NCBI GenBank assembly: GCA_025963775.1
Contig: JAOQAD010000016.1
Location: forward strand, 1,741-65,740
Reading direction: 5' to 3'
Origin: Bacteroidota bacterium
GTDB taxonomy: Bacteria > Bacteroidota > Bacteroidia > 2-12-FULL-35-15
Length of the DNA stretch: 64,000 bases
Shown here: piece after piece, positions 43,314 to 52,401 of the stretch
Numbering within the stretch: the stretch's first letter is position 1
How the letters are laid out: each line of letters opens with the position of its first letter
Translations under genes and position numbers: made by a program
The notes under the pieces: model-generated
The model's input: the letters and a program-made list of their open reading frames with translations, nothing else
Told to the model about the DNA's origin: nothing
Database searches by the model: none

Positions 43314-44879
43314 ATGGAAGAGAAAGAACGCAAAGAAAATTTTTTAACCGATTCGAACATCGAGATCAAACGGGTGTATCCGAAGCAGGATGTGAAGGAT
43401 GAGCAGCCCGGTGAATTTCCCTTTACACGCGGTGTTCAGCCTACCATGTACCGCAGTAAGTTCTGGACCATGCGCCAGTACGCAGGATTTTCCACTGCCG
43501 AGGAATCGAACAAACGCTACCATTATTTACTGAACAACGGAACAACCGGTTTGTCGGTGGCATTCGACCTTCCCACACAGATCGGCTACGACAGCTCCCA
43601 TGATTTTGCAGATGGAGAAGTTGGAAAAGCTGGTGTGGCCATTGATTCACTGAGAGACATCGAAATTTTATTTGAGGGGATCAAACTGGAGAATATCACC
43701 ACTTCGATGACGATCAACTCAACGGCATCCATTCTTTTGTCGATGTACATTGCACTGGCAAAAAAGCAGGGCGCCGACCTGAAAAAGATCTCGGGAACTA
43801 TCCAGAATGACATACTGAAAGAATATGCGGCACGCGGAACCTATATCTATCCGCCGAAGCCAAGCATGCGCATCATCACCGATATTTTTGAATACTGCAG
43901 CAAGGAAGTCCCGAAATGGAACACCATTTCCATTTCCGGGTATCACATCCGTGAGGCCGGGTCGACAGCAGTGCAGGAGCTGGCATTTACGCTGGCAAAC
44001 GGCAAAGCTTACCTGAAAGCGGCCATCGATAAAGGCCTGGACATTAACGTATTTGCCAAACGCCTCTCTTTCTTTTTCAATGCGCATAACAACCTGTTCG
44101 AGGAAGTGGCGAAATTCCGCGCGGCGAGAAGGATGTGGGCGCAGATCACCAAAGAGCTCGGGGCTACCGACCCGCGGGCGCAGATGCTTCGCTTTCATAC
44201 GCAGACGGGCGGTTCCACCTTAACAGCACAGCAGCCCCAGAATAACATTATCCGCGTTACCACGCAGGCCTTATCGGCTGTGCTGGGCGGCACGCAGAGT
44301 CTTCATACCAATGGCTTTGATGAGGCCATCGCACTGCCTACGGAAGAAGCGGCACGCATTGCATTAAGGACACAGCAGGTGATCGCCTATGAAAGCGGCG
44401 CTGCCGATACGGTTGACCCGCTGGCCGGCTCTTATTTTGTAGAAGCCCTTACCAATGAAGTGGAGGCTGCTGCATGGGAGTATATCCGCAAAATAGATGC
44501 GATGGGCGGCTCGGTATCGGCCATTGAGCAGGGATACATGCAGAATGAGATCGCGGCATCTTCCTATAAATACCAGAAAGATATCCAGACGGGGGAAAAG
44601 GTAATTGTGGGTGTGAATAAATTTACTGTTGAGGAAACGCCATTAAAAGATATATTTACTGTCGATGATTCCATCCGCCAGCTGCAGATCGATAAGATCA
44701 ACAAAGTAAAAGCAGAGCGGGACAATGAAAAAGTAAAGAAGATCCTTGCCAGCCTGGATGCGAATGCCCGGGCGGATGTGAACCTGATGCCATCCATACT
44801 TGAGGCGGCTGAAAGCTATGCAACCTTAGGCGAGATCGCGGATACAATGAGAAATGTTTTTGGAGAATATACAGGATAG
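43314..44879 (+). CDS. Methylmalonyl-CoA mutase, catalytic (N-terminal TIM-barrel) subunit without B12-binding domain
   Basis: [46 protein letters not shown] and [20 protein letters not shown]. Tyr and Arg at the positions I recall as MCM-type specificity residues. Confidence 0.88.
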   Translation: MEEKERKENFLTDSNIEIKRVYPKQDVKDEQPGEFPFTRGVQPTMYRSKFWTMRQYAGFSTAEESNKRYHYLLNNGTTGLSVAFDLPTQIGYDSSHDFADGEVGKAGVAIDSLRDIEILFEGIKLENITTSMTINSTASILLSMYIALAKKQGADLKKISGTIQNDILKEYAARGTYIYPPKPSMRIITDIFEYCSKEVPKWNTISISGYHIREAGSTAVQELAFTLANGKAYLKAAIDKGLDINVFAKRLSFFFNAHNNLFEEVAKFRAARRMWAQITKELGATDPRAQMLRFHTQTGGSTLTAQQPQNNIIRVTTQALSAVLGGTQSLHTNGFDEAIALPTEEAARIALRTQQVIAYESGAADTVDPLAGSYFVEALTNEVEAAAWEYIRKIDAMGGSVSAIEQGYMQNEIAASSYKYQKDIQTGEKVIVGVNKFTVEETPLKDIFTVDDSIRQLQIDKINKVKAERDNEKVKKILASLDANARADVNLMPSILEAAESYATLGEIADTMRNVFGEYTG

Positions 44880-44883
44880 CTAC

Positions 44884-45291
44884 ATGAAGAAGCACATCGA
44901 AGAATTATTGATATACAGCGTGGATGATGATAAGGATGAGCGTTTCTTTATTAAAGAAGCATTCAGTGATTTCCTGCGCGATGACCAGGTGCGTTTTTTC
45001 TCCAACGGGCTGGAGCTGATCAATTCCCTAACGGAAGAAAAAGGTTTTCCTGATTTTATCATGATGGACCTGAACATGCCGCTGATGAACGGAAGGGAAG
45101 CGCTGGAGCTCATTAAAAAGAATGCCGGCTGGAAGCACATACCTGTTGTGATCTTCAGCACCAGCAATTATGAGCTGGACATTGCCAAATGCCTTGCTGC
45201 AGGGGCTAAAAAATACATCTGCAAACCTGCAAGCATGATGGAATACCCGAAAATTTTTAAAGGACTGATCGACGAAATGCTGGAGAGTTAA
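44884..45291 (+). CDS. Single-domain response regulator (CheY-like receiver)
   Basis: Start ATG44884, 4 nt after the mutase stop. Receiver residues VDDD, FIMMDLNMP, VVIFSTS and ...KKYICKP. Confidence 0.88.
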   Translation: MKKHIEELLIYSVDDDKDERFFIKEAFSDFLRDDQVRFFSNGLELINSLTEEKGFPDFIMMDLNMPLMNGREALELIKKNAGWKHIPVVIFSTSNYELDIAKCLAAGAKKYICKPASMMEYPKIFKGLIDEMLES

Positions 45292-45318
45292 TTCTCTTTC
45301 TTATTTGTTTTATTGGAA

Positions 45319-45350
45319 CGCTTTGTTTTTTCAACAAAGCGCAATTTTTT
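45319..45350. terminator. Intrinsic terminator between convergent genes
   Basis: CGCTTTGTT-TTTTC-AACAAAGCG followed by CAATTTTTT. Confidence 0.65.
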
Positions 45351-45370
45351 GTACTGCCTTAGATCCCGGG

Positions 45371-45664
45371 TTATTCTTTCTCTTCAACGATCTTAAAGAT
45401 CTCTTCATTGTCACGCTTCATCAGGTATTTTTCGCGTGCAAATTTTTCAAGCGTTTTCGGATTGCTGGTAAGGTCCCTCAGGTCGGAGCTTATTTCGGCG
45501 ATCTCGTGCGCATAGTAATTCCTTTCTTCTTCCAGCTGCTTCACATCTTTCCGCAGCTCCATCTGTGTGCCCAGGTCGTTCTTATCAAAGAAGATCACCC
45601 ATACCGCGAGGCCGATCACCGTGAGCAGGTATTTATTTTTAAGCGCAGAAATTACTTTTTTCAT
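45371..45664 (-). CDS. Septum formation initiator (FtsB/DivIC-like)
   Basis: N-terminal TM helix (LLTVIGLAVWVIFF), then a coiled coil and the ...EKFAREKYLMKRDNEEIF signature. Confidence 0.75.
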   Translation of the reverse strand: MKKVISALKNKYLLTVIGLAVWVIFFDKNDLGTQMELRKDVKQLEEERNYYAHEIAEISSDLRDLTSNPKTLEKFAREKYLMKRDNEEIFKIVEEKE

Positions 45665-45685
45665 CCGGAATGGAATAATTTAGCA

Positions 45686-45693
45686 CAAAATTA
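45686..45693 (-). promoter_or_regulatory. Candidate -7 box TAATTTTG
   Basis: Exact TAnnTTTG on the minus strand, 22 nt upstream of ATG45664. Confidence 0.45.
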
Positions 45694-45754
45694 GCTGTGT
45701 TTTCCCTGCTTAACTTTTGAACGGAACTATTTTATCAACTTAATAATTAACATT

Positions 45755-46507
45755 ATGGCCGGGCGCATCCTTATTTACCTCCTGCTGTCCTTATTTTCAT
45801 TGACTGAAATAAGCGCGCAGAGCTTTAAAACGGAGCAGCAGCAGGCTTCCCGTGTGAAAACTGCCTATGCCGAAAAATGGGAAGGGCTGAAAGCGGAGAT
45901 GCTGAAGAAAGGCATTGATGCAAGTGCATTTGAGCTGTTCATCCGCGTGCTGAAGCATGAAAAGAAGGTGGAAGTGTGGCTGAGATCTAAAAAAGAAAAG
46001 GAGTACAAGCTCTTCAAAACATACGACATCTGTTATTATTCCGGCGATCTCGGGCCGAAGCGGAAGCAGGGCGACGGACAGGTGCCGGAAGGTTTTTACA
46101 GCGTGGCCGTGTTCAATCCCTACAGCAGCTATCATTTATCATTAGGCCTCAGCTACCCGAATGCAAGCGATAAAATAATCGGGAAATCGAACCTGGGCGG
46201 CGACATCATGATTCATGGCAATTGCCTCAGCATTGGCTGCATCCCGATCACCGATGTATTCATTAAGGAATTATACGTGCTGGCTGTGGAAGCAAGGAAT
46301 TCAGGACAAAATACGATCCCGGTCCATATTTTTCCGCTGCGGATGGATGCTGCCGGTATGGCTTTTCTCAATTCCACCTATGAGAGCAATGCGTCCTTGC
46401 AGGTTTTCTGGAAGAATATTCAAACCGGCTATAATCAATTCGAGGAAAAGAAAACACTTCCGAAAGTAAGCGTGAATAAGGCGGGGGCCTATGTTTTTGG
46501 TGAGTAA
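45755..46507 (+). CDS. L,D-transpeptidase (YkuD) family protein
   Basis: Signal peptide and catalytic motif IMIHGNCLSIGCIPITD (His...Ser-x-Gly-Cys). Confidence 0.8.
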   Translation: MAGRILIYLLLSLFSLTEISAQSFKTEQQQASRVKTAYAEKWEGLKAEMLKKGIDASAFELFIRVLKHEKKVEVWLRSKKEKEYKLFKTYDICYYSGDLGPKRKQGDGQVPEGFYSVAVFNPYSSYHLSLGLSYPNASDKIIGKSNLGGDIMIHGNCLSIGCIPITDVFIKELYVLAVEARNSGQNTIPVHIFPLRMDAAGMAFLNSTYESNASLQVFWKNIQTGYNQFEEKKTLPKVSVNKAGAYVFGE

Positions 46508-46523
46508 TCACTCTTCTTATACT

Positions 46524-46550
46524 GTCATCCCCTGCCCCGACACGGAATCC
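46524..46550. repeat. REP-like half element, family A
   Basis: GTCATCCCCTGCCCCGACACGGAATCC lies 17 nt after the stop at 46507. Confidence 0.6.
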
Positions 46551-46669
46551 CGCTATGAGCGTGAAGTGAGAAAAATCTGCTAACCCCGACATTTGAGAGA
46601 AATTCCGGGATCAGGTCCGGAATAACGATGATTGGAATAAGCGATATCCAGCAATCGCTATAATTGTTT

Positions 46670-46677
46670 TATATTTG
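46670..46677 (+). promoter_or_regulatory. Candidate -7 box TATATTTG for the GH9 gene
   Basis: Exact TAnnTTTG 21 nt upstream of ATG46698. Confidence 0.45.
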
Positions 46678-46697
46678 ATTAAAACAAATCCATCCCC

Positions 46698-48878
46698 ATG
46701 AAGAAATTGATCCTTTCTTTTTTCGCTGTTCTTTTCGGCTCTTTTCTTATCGCTGTACCCACAAGCATTTCGCAGTTCATCAAAACAGACCAGTTCGGCT
46801 ATCAAACAACAGCACAAAAGATAGCGGTGATCAGTGATCCGCAGGCAGGTTATAATTCGGCACTTTCCTTCAGCCCGGGAACAACGTACCAGGTACGCAA
46901 CTGGGTAACGGATGCCGTTGTGTTCAGCGGGCCTGTCACGGCCTGGAATGGAGGCTCAACACATACACAGTCGGGGGATAAGGCTTTTTGGTTTGATTTT
47001 TCATCGTATACCACTGCAGGCAGCTATTATATTTTTGACCCAACCAACAATGTGGGCTCTTACCGCTTCGAGATCAGCGATTGTGTTTACAACAATGTAC
47101 TGAAAGGTGCCATGCGCATGTTTTACTACCAGCGCTGCGGCTTTGCAAAGCAATTGCCTTTTGCGGATACAGGATATGTGGATGGGGCAAGCCACGTAGG
47201 GCCGCAGCAGGACCTCGATTGCAGGCTCTACAACAACACAAGCGCAACTACATCAAAGAACCTTTCCGGCGGCTGGTACGATGCCGGCGATTACAACAAG
47301 TATGTGAATTTTACCTGGGGAACCTTAACGGACCTGCTCTTGTCGTATGAACAGAATCCAGCAGCATGGGCTGACGATTACAACATTCCTGAATCCGGCA
47401 ACGGCGTTCCTGACCTGCTGGATGAAACAAAAGTGGAGCTCGACTGGCTGCTGAAAATGCAGAATCCCGATGGCAGCGTGCTGTGTGTTGTTGGCGGCGG
47501 AGGGGCAAGCCCGCCATCGGCGGATGTAGCGGCAAGGCGTTACGGGCCGGCGACCACATCGGCAACCTATACGGCAGCGAGCGTGTTTGCACTGGCTGCG
47601 ATCCAATACAATTCGACGGGCATGACTGCATACGGCAGCACACTGCAGGCTGCAGCCATCAGTGCATGGAACTGGGCAAATGCAAATCCCGGGATCACTT
47701 TTTACAATGCGGGAACGCTGGCGGCGGGAGAGCAGGAAGTGGATGCCTACGGAACCTTCGCGAGGCAGATCGCTTCTGCTATCTACCTGTATGCGCTCAC
47801 CGGCGGAAGCAGCTACAAAAGCTTTGTGGATGCCAATTATTCGAACATGCATTTGATCCAGTGGACCTTCGCTTACCCGTTTGAGGGCCCGGAGCAGGAT
47901 GCACTGTTGTATTATGCAAAAACAACCGGTGCCACCACATCGGTGAAAAATGCGGTCAAGACGGCATATACTGCTTCACTGAAAACAAACAATGCAGACA
48001 ACCTTCCTGCCTATACCGCGCAAACCGATGCGTACCGTGCATACCTGGCGGATAACAATTACACCTGGAACAGCAACCAGACCAAATCAAAGCAGGGGAT
48101 CATGTTCCTGAACATGAATGTGTATGCAATGGACCCGGGCAATGCGGCCAGTTACAAAAATGCCGCTTCGGGCTTCGTGCATTATTTTCACGGCGTAAAC
48201 CCGAATTCAAAAACATACCTGAGCAACATGTCGGGATACGGCGCGGAAAATTCTGTAAGCTCTTTTTATCACAGCTGGTTTGAGGATGGAAGCGCCTTGT
48301 GGGACGAAGTAGGGATTTCCACTTACGGGCCTGCACCGGGATTTATGCCCGGAGGCGTGAACCCCACCTACGATTGGGATGGCTGTTGCCCGACCGGTTG
48401 CGGAAGCGCTGCCAGCAACGCACTGTGCTACTCCGAAACTATTGACCCGCCTAAGAACCAGCCCATCCAGAAATCGTGGAAGGATTTTAACACCAGCTGG
48501 CCGATCAATTCATGGACGATCACGGAAGCGGGGATCTACACACAGGCGGCGTATGCAAGGCTGCTTTCACATTTTTGCCCCGGTGCTGCATGTGTGAGCA
48601 CTGGTATTCATACTGCTGAAGGCCGCACCGGGCTGGTGGAAATGATCTATCCGCAGCCGGCAAAAAACGAGCTGGTGGTCAAATTTTACGGGACTTCAAC
48701 TAAAGCAGTGAGCTTTGTATTGTTTGATATCAGTGGAAAAGAGCTGCTGAGCAGCAAGCAAGCTGTTGCCGCCGATGGAACAATGGAAATACAGTTGCCG
48801 GTAGTATCAGCGGGAATTTATTTTGTGAAGGTTGTTTCTGAAAGTAAAACGGAAGTGAGGAAAATTATTATTGAATAG
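46698..48878 (+). CDS. Glycoside hydrolase family 9-like enzyme with N-terminal Ig-like domain and T9SS type-A sorting domain
   Basis: FYYQRCG, GGWYDAGDYNKYV and PDLLDETKVELDWLLKMQNPDGS follow the GH9 pattern. C-terminus YPQPAKNELVVKF...GIYFVKVVSESKTEVRKIIIE. Confidence 0.8.
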   Translation: MKKLILSFFAVLFGSFLIAVPTSISQFIKTDQFGYQTTAQKIAVISDPQAGYNSALSFSPGTTYQVRNWVTDAVVFSGPVTAWNGGSTHTQSGDKAFWFDFSSYTTAGSYYIFDPTNNVGSYRFEISDCVYNNVLKGAMRMFYYQRCGFAKQLPFADTGYVDGASHVGPQQDLDCRLYNNTSATTSKNLSGGWYDAGDYNKYVNFTWGTLTDLLLSYEQNPAAWADDYNIPESGNGVPDLLDETKVELDWLLKMQNPDGSVLCVVGGGGASPPSADVAARRYGPATTSATYTAASVFALAAIQYNSTGMTAYGSTLQAAAISAWNWANANPGITFYNAGTLAAGEQEVDAYGTFARQIASAIYLYALTGGSSYKSFVDANYSNMHLIQWTFAYPFEGPEQDALLYYAKTTGATTSVKNAVKTAYTASLKTNNADNLPAYTAQTDAYRAYLADNNYTWNSNQTKSKQGIMFLNMNVYAMDPGNAASYKNAASGFVHYFHGVNPNSKTYLSNMSGYGAENSVSSFYHSWFEDGSALWDEVGISTYGPAPGFMPGGVNPTYDWDGCCPTGCGSAASNALCYSETIDPPKNQPIQKSWKDFNTSWPINSWTITEAGIYTQAAYARLLSHFCPGAACVSTGIHTAEGRTGLVEMIYPQPAKNELVVKFYGTSTKAVSFVLFDISGKELLSSKQAVAADGTMEIQLPVVSAGIYFVKVVSESKTEVRKIIIE

Positions 48879-48882
48879 CGAT

Positions 48883-48991
48883 GTCAATCGAGTTCGACCA
48901 AAGGGAGAGTATCGAGAAGTGTTACAGCTGGATGTTCAGATTCAATTATGCTTGTTCTCGATACGCTCGTACCTCGCACTCGAACTGACGC
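48883..48991. repeat. REP/MITE-like element, family B (inverted orientation)
   Basis: GTCAATCGAGTTCGACCAAAGGGAGAGTATCGAGAA...TTCTCGATACGCTCGTACCTCGCACTCGAACTGACGC. Confidence 0.8.
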
Positions 48992-49007
48992 TTGAACGTG
49001 GTGAAAT

Positions 49008-49952
49008 CTAATTCAGCCTCACCTTTTCATAATCGCTGATCTTTCTCAGATCCTGCGAAGTCTGTCCCTTCTCGTTCTGGTTGAAAACGCTGATCCATTT
49101 TGCGCCGTATACCAGCTCTTCGTAAGTGTAAGAATGCCTTGAGCTCACATTCTGCGAAAAGGTATCATCAAAGCCATTCAGGGAAACCAGGAATTCAACA
49201 TCCGCTTCTTTCATATCGGCTTCGGTCATTCCATACAATGGGCTGTTCTCATCGATCGGGTGATTGATGGTCCAGGTCATAGGAAAGAAAACGATGTTCG
49301 GCACTTCGAGGTCGAGTGGCCTGAAGCGCCTGATCTTTGTACCGTTCTCCACTTCAAATTTTGCGACCGTCACACGGCAGGACATGTCAGTGATCTGGCT
49401 GTTGCGCATTTTATTGGCAAGGCGAAACTGGAATGCATTTCCTTCTTTGAAAGGGGCAATGATCGCATTCCTGCTGAAGAGCATGCGTGCCACGGGGCGT
49501 GCAAAACGCCCGTACAGCAAACCTGTTGCAAGTGCGAAACCAAGCAGGCCCACCAGCGATTCGATGGCAGCAATGGTGCTGGTGCCGTGCGTTGCCGGGC
49601 TCAGCCTTCCGAAGCCGACAGTGCTGAATGTTTGTGTGCTGAAGAAAAATGCTTCGAGGAATTTATCGAACTCTGTTGTAGCGTCAATGCCGTTAAGGCC
49701 TTCCACTCCCACGGCATAATAAAGGCATGCAAAAATGAGGTTGATCACGATGAAATACAGGAATACAATGGCGGTGAATTCATACCAGGGCATCCTTGTC
49801 AGCGCATGGTAGGTGCTTGTGGAGCTCCACCTCGAGATCTCGATCCGGTCAATGTTGAACGATCCATCCTTATTGATCAGCCTTGTGCGCTGTGTGGATG
49901 TTTTTGAGCCGAAGCCCAGTTCGTTTTCCCTTTTTGTTCGTTGTGAAGCCAT
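49008..49952 (-). CDS. Inward-rectifier-type (KirBac-like) potassium channel
   Basis: Start trimmed to ATG49952. Two TM helices flank a pore helix and filter FFFSTQTFSTVGFGRL. The cytoplasmic Ig-like Kir C-terminal domain includes RFARP. Confidence 0.82.
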   Translation of the reverse strand: MASQRTKRENELGFGSKTSTQRTRLINKDGSFNIDRIEISRWSSTSTYHALTRMPWYEFTAIVFLYFIVINLIFACLYYAVGVEGLNGIDATTEFDKFLEAFFFSTQTFSTVGFGRLSPATHGTSTIAAIESLVGLLGFALATGLLYGRFARPVARMLFSRNAIIAPFKEGNAFQFRLANKMRNSQITDMSCRVTVAKFEVENGTKIRRFRPLDLEVPNIVFFPMTWTINHPIDENSPLYGMTEADMKEADVEFLVSLNGFDDTFSQNVSSRHSYTYEELVYGAKWISVFNQNEKGQTSQDLRKISDYEKVRLN

Positions 49953-49994
49953 GTGTCCTGTAACAATGTTGGAAGCATAAATGTTTATGCAAAA

Positions 49995-50002
49995 CAAATA
50001 TA
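49995..50002 (-). promoter_or_regulatory. Candidate -7 box TATATTTG for the Kir gene
   Basis: Exact TAnnTTTG on the minus strand, 43 nt upstream of ATG49952 and 12 bp from the divergent box at 50014. Confidence 0.45.
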
Positions 50003-50013
50003 GAATTAATTGA

Positions 50014-50021
50014 TAATTTTG
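50014..50021 (+). promoter_or_regulatory. Candidate -7 box TAATTTTG for the 50038 gene
   Basis: Exact TAnnTTTG 17 nt upstream of ATG50038. Confidence 0.45.
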
Positions 50022-50037
50022 CACAAATTAAAAAGGA

Positions 50038-50577
50038 ATGGACTACATCGGCAAACGCATCAGCATAAAGCGAAGTGACAATGAAACAAGCATTGTGATC
50101 GTATCACAGTCGGAGAAAATGAAGAATATCCTGCTCTTTTCCTGGTTCTTTATCTGGACTGTGAGCGGCATCGTGGTAATGGCGCAGTATTTCGCTATTC
50201 CCGATCCTAACACAAAGGTGATGCTTCTTGTGTGGATAGCTTTCTGGGCTTATTTTGAATACAGGATCTTCAAGGCATACATGTGGAGAAAATATGGTGT
50301 GGAGAAGATCAAGCTGCGCGAAAATAAATTTTTTTACAAGCGGGATGTGGCAGGCAAAGGAAAAGTGAAAGTGTATGAATTTGATTTTATAAAGGATCTT
50401 CGCATCATAGAGCCGAAAGAAAATTCATTTGCCGACAGCATGAGCACTTCATACTGGCTGGTAGCGGGTGAGAAGGCCGCGTTTGATTATTACGGGAAAG
50501 AGATCCGTTTCGCTTTGCAGATAGAGGATGCCGAGGCGAAAGCGCTGCTGAAGGTTATTAAGGCAGCTGTAAAGTAA
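50038..50577 (+). CDS. Two-TM membrane protein with C-terminal beta-rich cytoplasmic domain, unknown function
   Basis: A TM hairpin (ILLFSWFFIWTVSGIVVMAQYF / VMLLVWIAFWAYFEYRIF) followed by ~100 aa reminiscent of a bacterial PH-like fold. No motif assigned. Confidence 0.55.
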   Translation: MDYIGKRISIKRSDNETSIVIVSQSEKMKNILLFSWFFIWTVSGIVVMAQYFAIPDPNTKVMLLVWIAFWAYFEYRIFKAYMWRKYGVEKIKLRENKFFYKRDVAGKGKVKVYEFDFIKDLRIIEPKENSFADSMSTSYWLVAGEKAAFDYYGKEIRFALQIEDAEAKALLKVIKAAVK

Positions 50578-50581
50578 CAAC

Positions 50582-50621
50582 GGAATACGAATCTGTACGG
50601 ATTTACGAAATACGAATGACC
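50582..50621. repeat. Family C repeat core (inverted relative to 28405-28581)
   Basis: The reverse complement GGTCATTCGTATTTCGTAAATCCGTACAGATTCGTATTCC shares TAAAT(T/C)CGTACAGATTCGTATT with the 28.4-kb units. Confidence 0.7.
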
Positions 50622-50653
50622 AATCGGAGCGTCATTGGGAATCTATGCACAGT

Positions 50654-50745
50654 GTCATCCTGAGCGAAGCGAATGGATCTTCCTGAATTTAATCCGGTAC
50701 ACCGGGAAAAGATTCTTCATTCCGCTGCGCTGCATTCAGAATGAC
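50654..50745. repeat. REP/MITE-like element, family E
   Basis: GTCATCCTGAGCGAAGCGAATGGATCTTCC ... GATTCTTCATTCCGCTGCGCTGCATTCAGAATGAC, with inverted GTCAT/ATGAC termini. Confidence 0.7.
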
Positions 50746-50865
50746 AAGCTCTAAATGTAACCGTCTCCAACCTCCAACCTCCGTTCTCCCAACTCCCGGC
50801 ACATTTTTTTAAACAGGCAGTTCAGCTGTTCTCAAAAGAGGCTGATCATCTTATAAAAATCGCTT

Positions 50866-51477
50866 ATGTGGCAGTATCTGCTTGTTTTCCTTGGGGCGAT
50901 GATCGTGGATCTTTTCCCTTTTCCTTTGCCGCCGGCATTTACGGTCATGATCTTTCTGCAGATCAAATTCGACCTCAACATCTGGGCGGTGATCTTCATC
51001 GGTGTTGCAGGCTCTATCCTCGGACGCTATATTCTCACGCTGTATATTCCGCATGTTTCCGGGAAGATCTTTAAGAAGGGAAAGAACGAGGATGTTCAGT
51101 TCCTCGGAAAAAAACTGAGCGAAAAAAGCTGGAGAAGCCACGCCATTGTGCTTGTGTATTCGCTGATGCCTTTGCCTACAACACCTTTGTTCCTCGCAGC
51201 AGGCATGGCGAAGATGAAGCCTCTTTACATCATCCCTGCCTTTACAATCGGGAAGCTGGTAAGCGATACCATCGCGGTGTGGATGGGCGATTATGCTGCG
51301 AGAAACACTGCCGACCTTATCCATGGCATGGTTTCCTGGAAGTCCATTCTCGGTTTGGTGCTGGGATTAGTGATGCTTTTTGCGCTGCTGTTCATCGACT
51401 GGAGGACCTTGCTGCAAAAGAAAAAGCTGGCGTTCAAATTCAATATCTGGAACACAGCACATTCAAAAAAGAAATAG
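50866..51477 (+). CDS. Multi-pass membrane protein (possibly DedA/VTT-like)
   Basis: 5-6 hydrophobic helices with ...GSILGRYILTLY... and ...LMPLPTTPLFLAAGMAKM. Family assignment is weak. Confidence 0.5.
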   Translation: MWQYLLVFLGAMIVDLFPFPLPPAFTVMIFLQIKFDLNIWAVIFIGVAGSILGRYILTLYIPHVSGKIFKKGKNEDVQFLGKKLSEKSWRSHAIVLVYSLMPLPTTPLFLAAGMAKMKPLYIIPAFTIGKLVSDTIAVWMGDYAARNTADLIHGMVSWKSILGLVLGLVMLFALLFIDWRTLLQKKKLAFKFNIWNTAHSKKK

Positions 51478-51496
51478 CAGCGATCCTTCCCCGGTT

Positions 51497-52078
51497 TTAT
51501 TTCATCGCGTTGATGTAAACGCTTATGCCATTTACATCCAGTACAAGGCTGGTTTTTACATGCCTGAGAGCATGCTCCGGCATGAAAGGCACATCAGCTG
51601 TCAGAGGGTCCTGCACAATTGCAGTGCCTCCGGATCCGCTGATCGTATTCAGTCCGTTTGTACCGTCGGAATTTGCCCCCGAAAGCAGGATCGCCGTTAC
51701 GCTGCTTCCAAAAGCCGCCGCAGCCGATTCGAATGATACATCGATGCTTGGCCTGCTATAATTGACCTTTTCTGAAACATCCAGCGAGCAGGTGCCATCC
51801 GACTCAAATAAGAGATGATAGTTTGCCGGTGCGATATAGATGTGCCCGGGCAGCAGCTCATCCTTGTCTTCCGCTTCTTTTACAGGAAGCTTTGTGCGGG
51901 TCGAGAGCAGCTCGGATAATGTAGAGTGGCTTGTATCTTTCCGGTGAACTACGATCACAATGGGAAATGTGATCTGCGCGCTCAGCTTCGGGACCACTTT
52001 TAACAATACTTCCAGGCTGCCTGCCGATCCGCCGATCAATAGCAGTGTATCCTTTTTGCTTAGCCGATCTTTCGCCAT
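51497..52078 (-). CDS. cheB: CheB-type protein-glutamate methylesterase (catalytic domain only, no receiver)
   Basis: LLLIGGSAGSLEVL (Ser), IVIVVHR (His), ILLSGANSDGTNGL (Asp), IYIAPANYHL and SRPSIDVSFESAA. Confidence 0.85.
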   Translation of the reverse strand: MAKDRLSKKDTLLLIGGSAGSLEVLLKVVPKLSAQITFPIVIVVHRKDTSHSTLSELLSTRTKLPVKEAEDKDELLPGHIYIAPANYHLLFESDGTCSLDVSEKVNYSRPSIDVSFESAAAAFGSSVTAILLSGANSDGTNGLNTISGSGGTAIVQDPLTADVPFMPEHALRHVKTSLVLDVNGISVYINAMK

Positions 52079-52401
52079 ACTTTTTCTTTTTCTACCTGTT
52101 TGAACTTATTCTGTATCGCCGAAAATTTAATTGTTTCCTTGGTTCCGAGAGCAAGGTATCCCAGTTTGCTCAGGCAGTCGTCAAAGAGCTGCAGCACTTT
52201 GTTCTGAAGCTCCTTATCGAAATAGATCAGCACATTCCTGCAGAGGATAATATCAAACTCATTGAAGGAGCGGTCGGAAACAAGATTATGCGTTGAGAAA
52301 ATAACCTTTTCAGAAAGCTCTTCATTGAATTTTGCCTGTAGCCCCGGGGAATTTTTTCCCGGTAATACGCAGAAAAAGGCGGGCTTTGAAATATGAAAGC
52401 G
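52060..52401 (-). pseudogene. cheR: 5'-truncated cheR (C-terminal ~113 codons of a CheR-type SAM methyltransferase)
   Basis: My translation of 52401->52063 is RFHISKPAFFCVLPGKNSPGLQAKFNEELSEKVIFSTHNLVSDRSFNEFDIILCRNVLIYFDKELQNKVLQLFDDCLSKLGYLALGTKETIKF...VWRKIG*. It has the CheR C-terminal motif FDxIxCRNVxIYF. No ATG/GTG/TTG occurs before codon 57. It overlaps the cheB ATG by 19 nt. Confidence 0.7.

Noticed and set aside
49008-49952. Kir channel as eukaryotic contamination or recent horizontal transfer.
   Set aside because: The gene is embedded between typical Bacteroidota repeats and genes. It has a TAnnTTTG promoter box, has no introns, and by eye matches the local base composition. Nothing in the sequence supports contamination.
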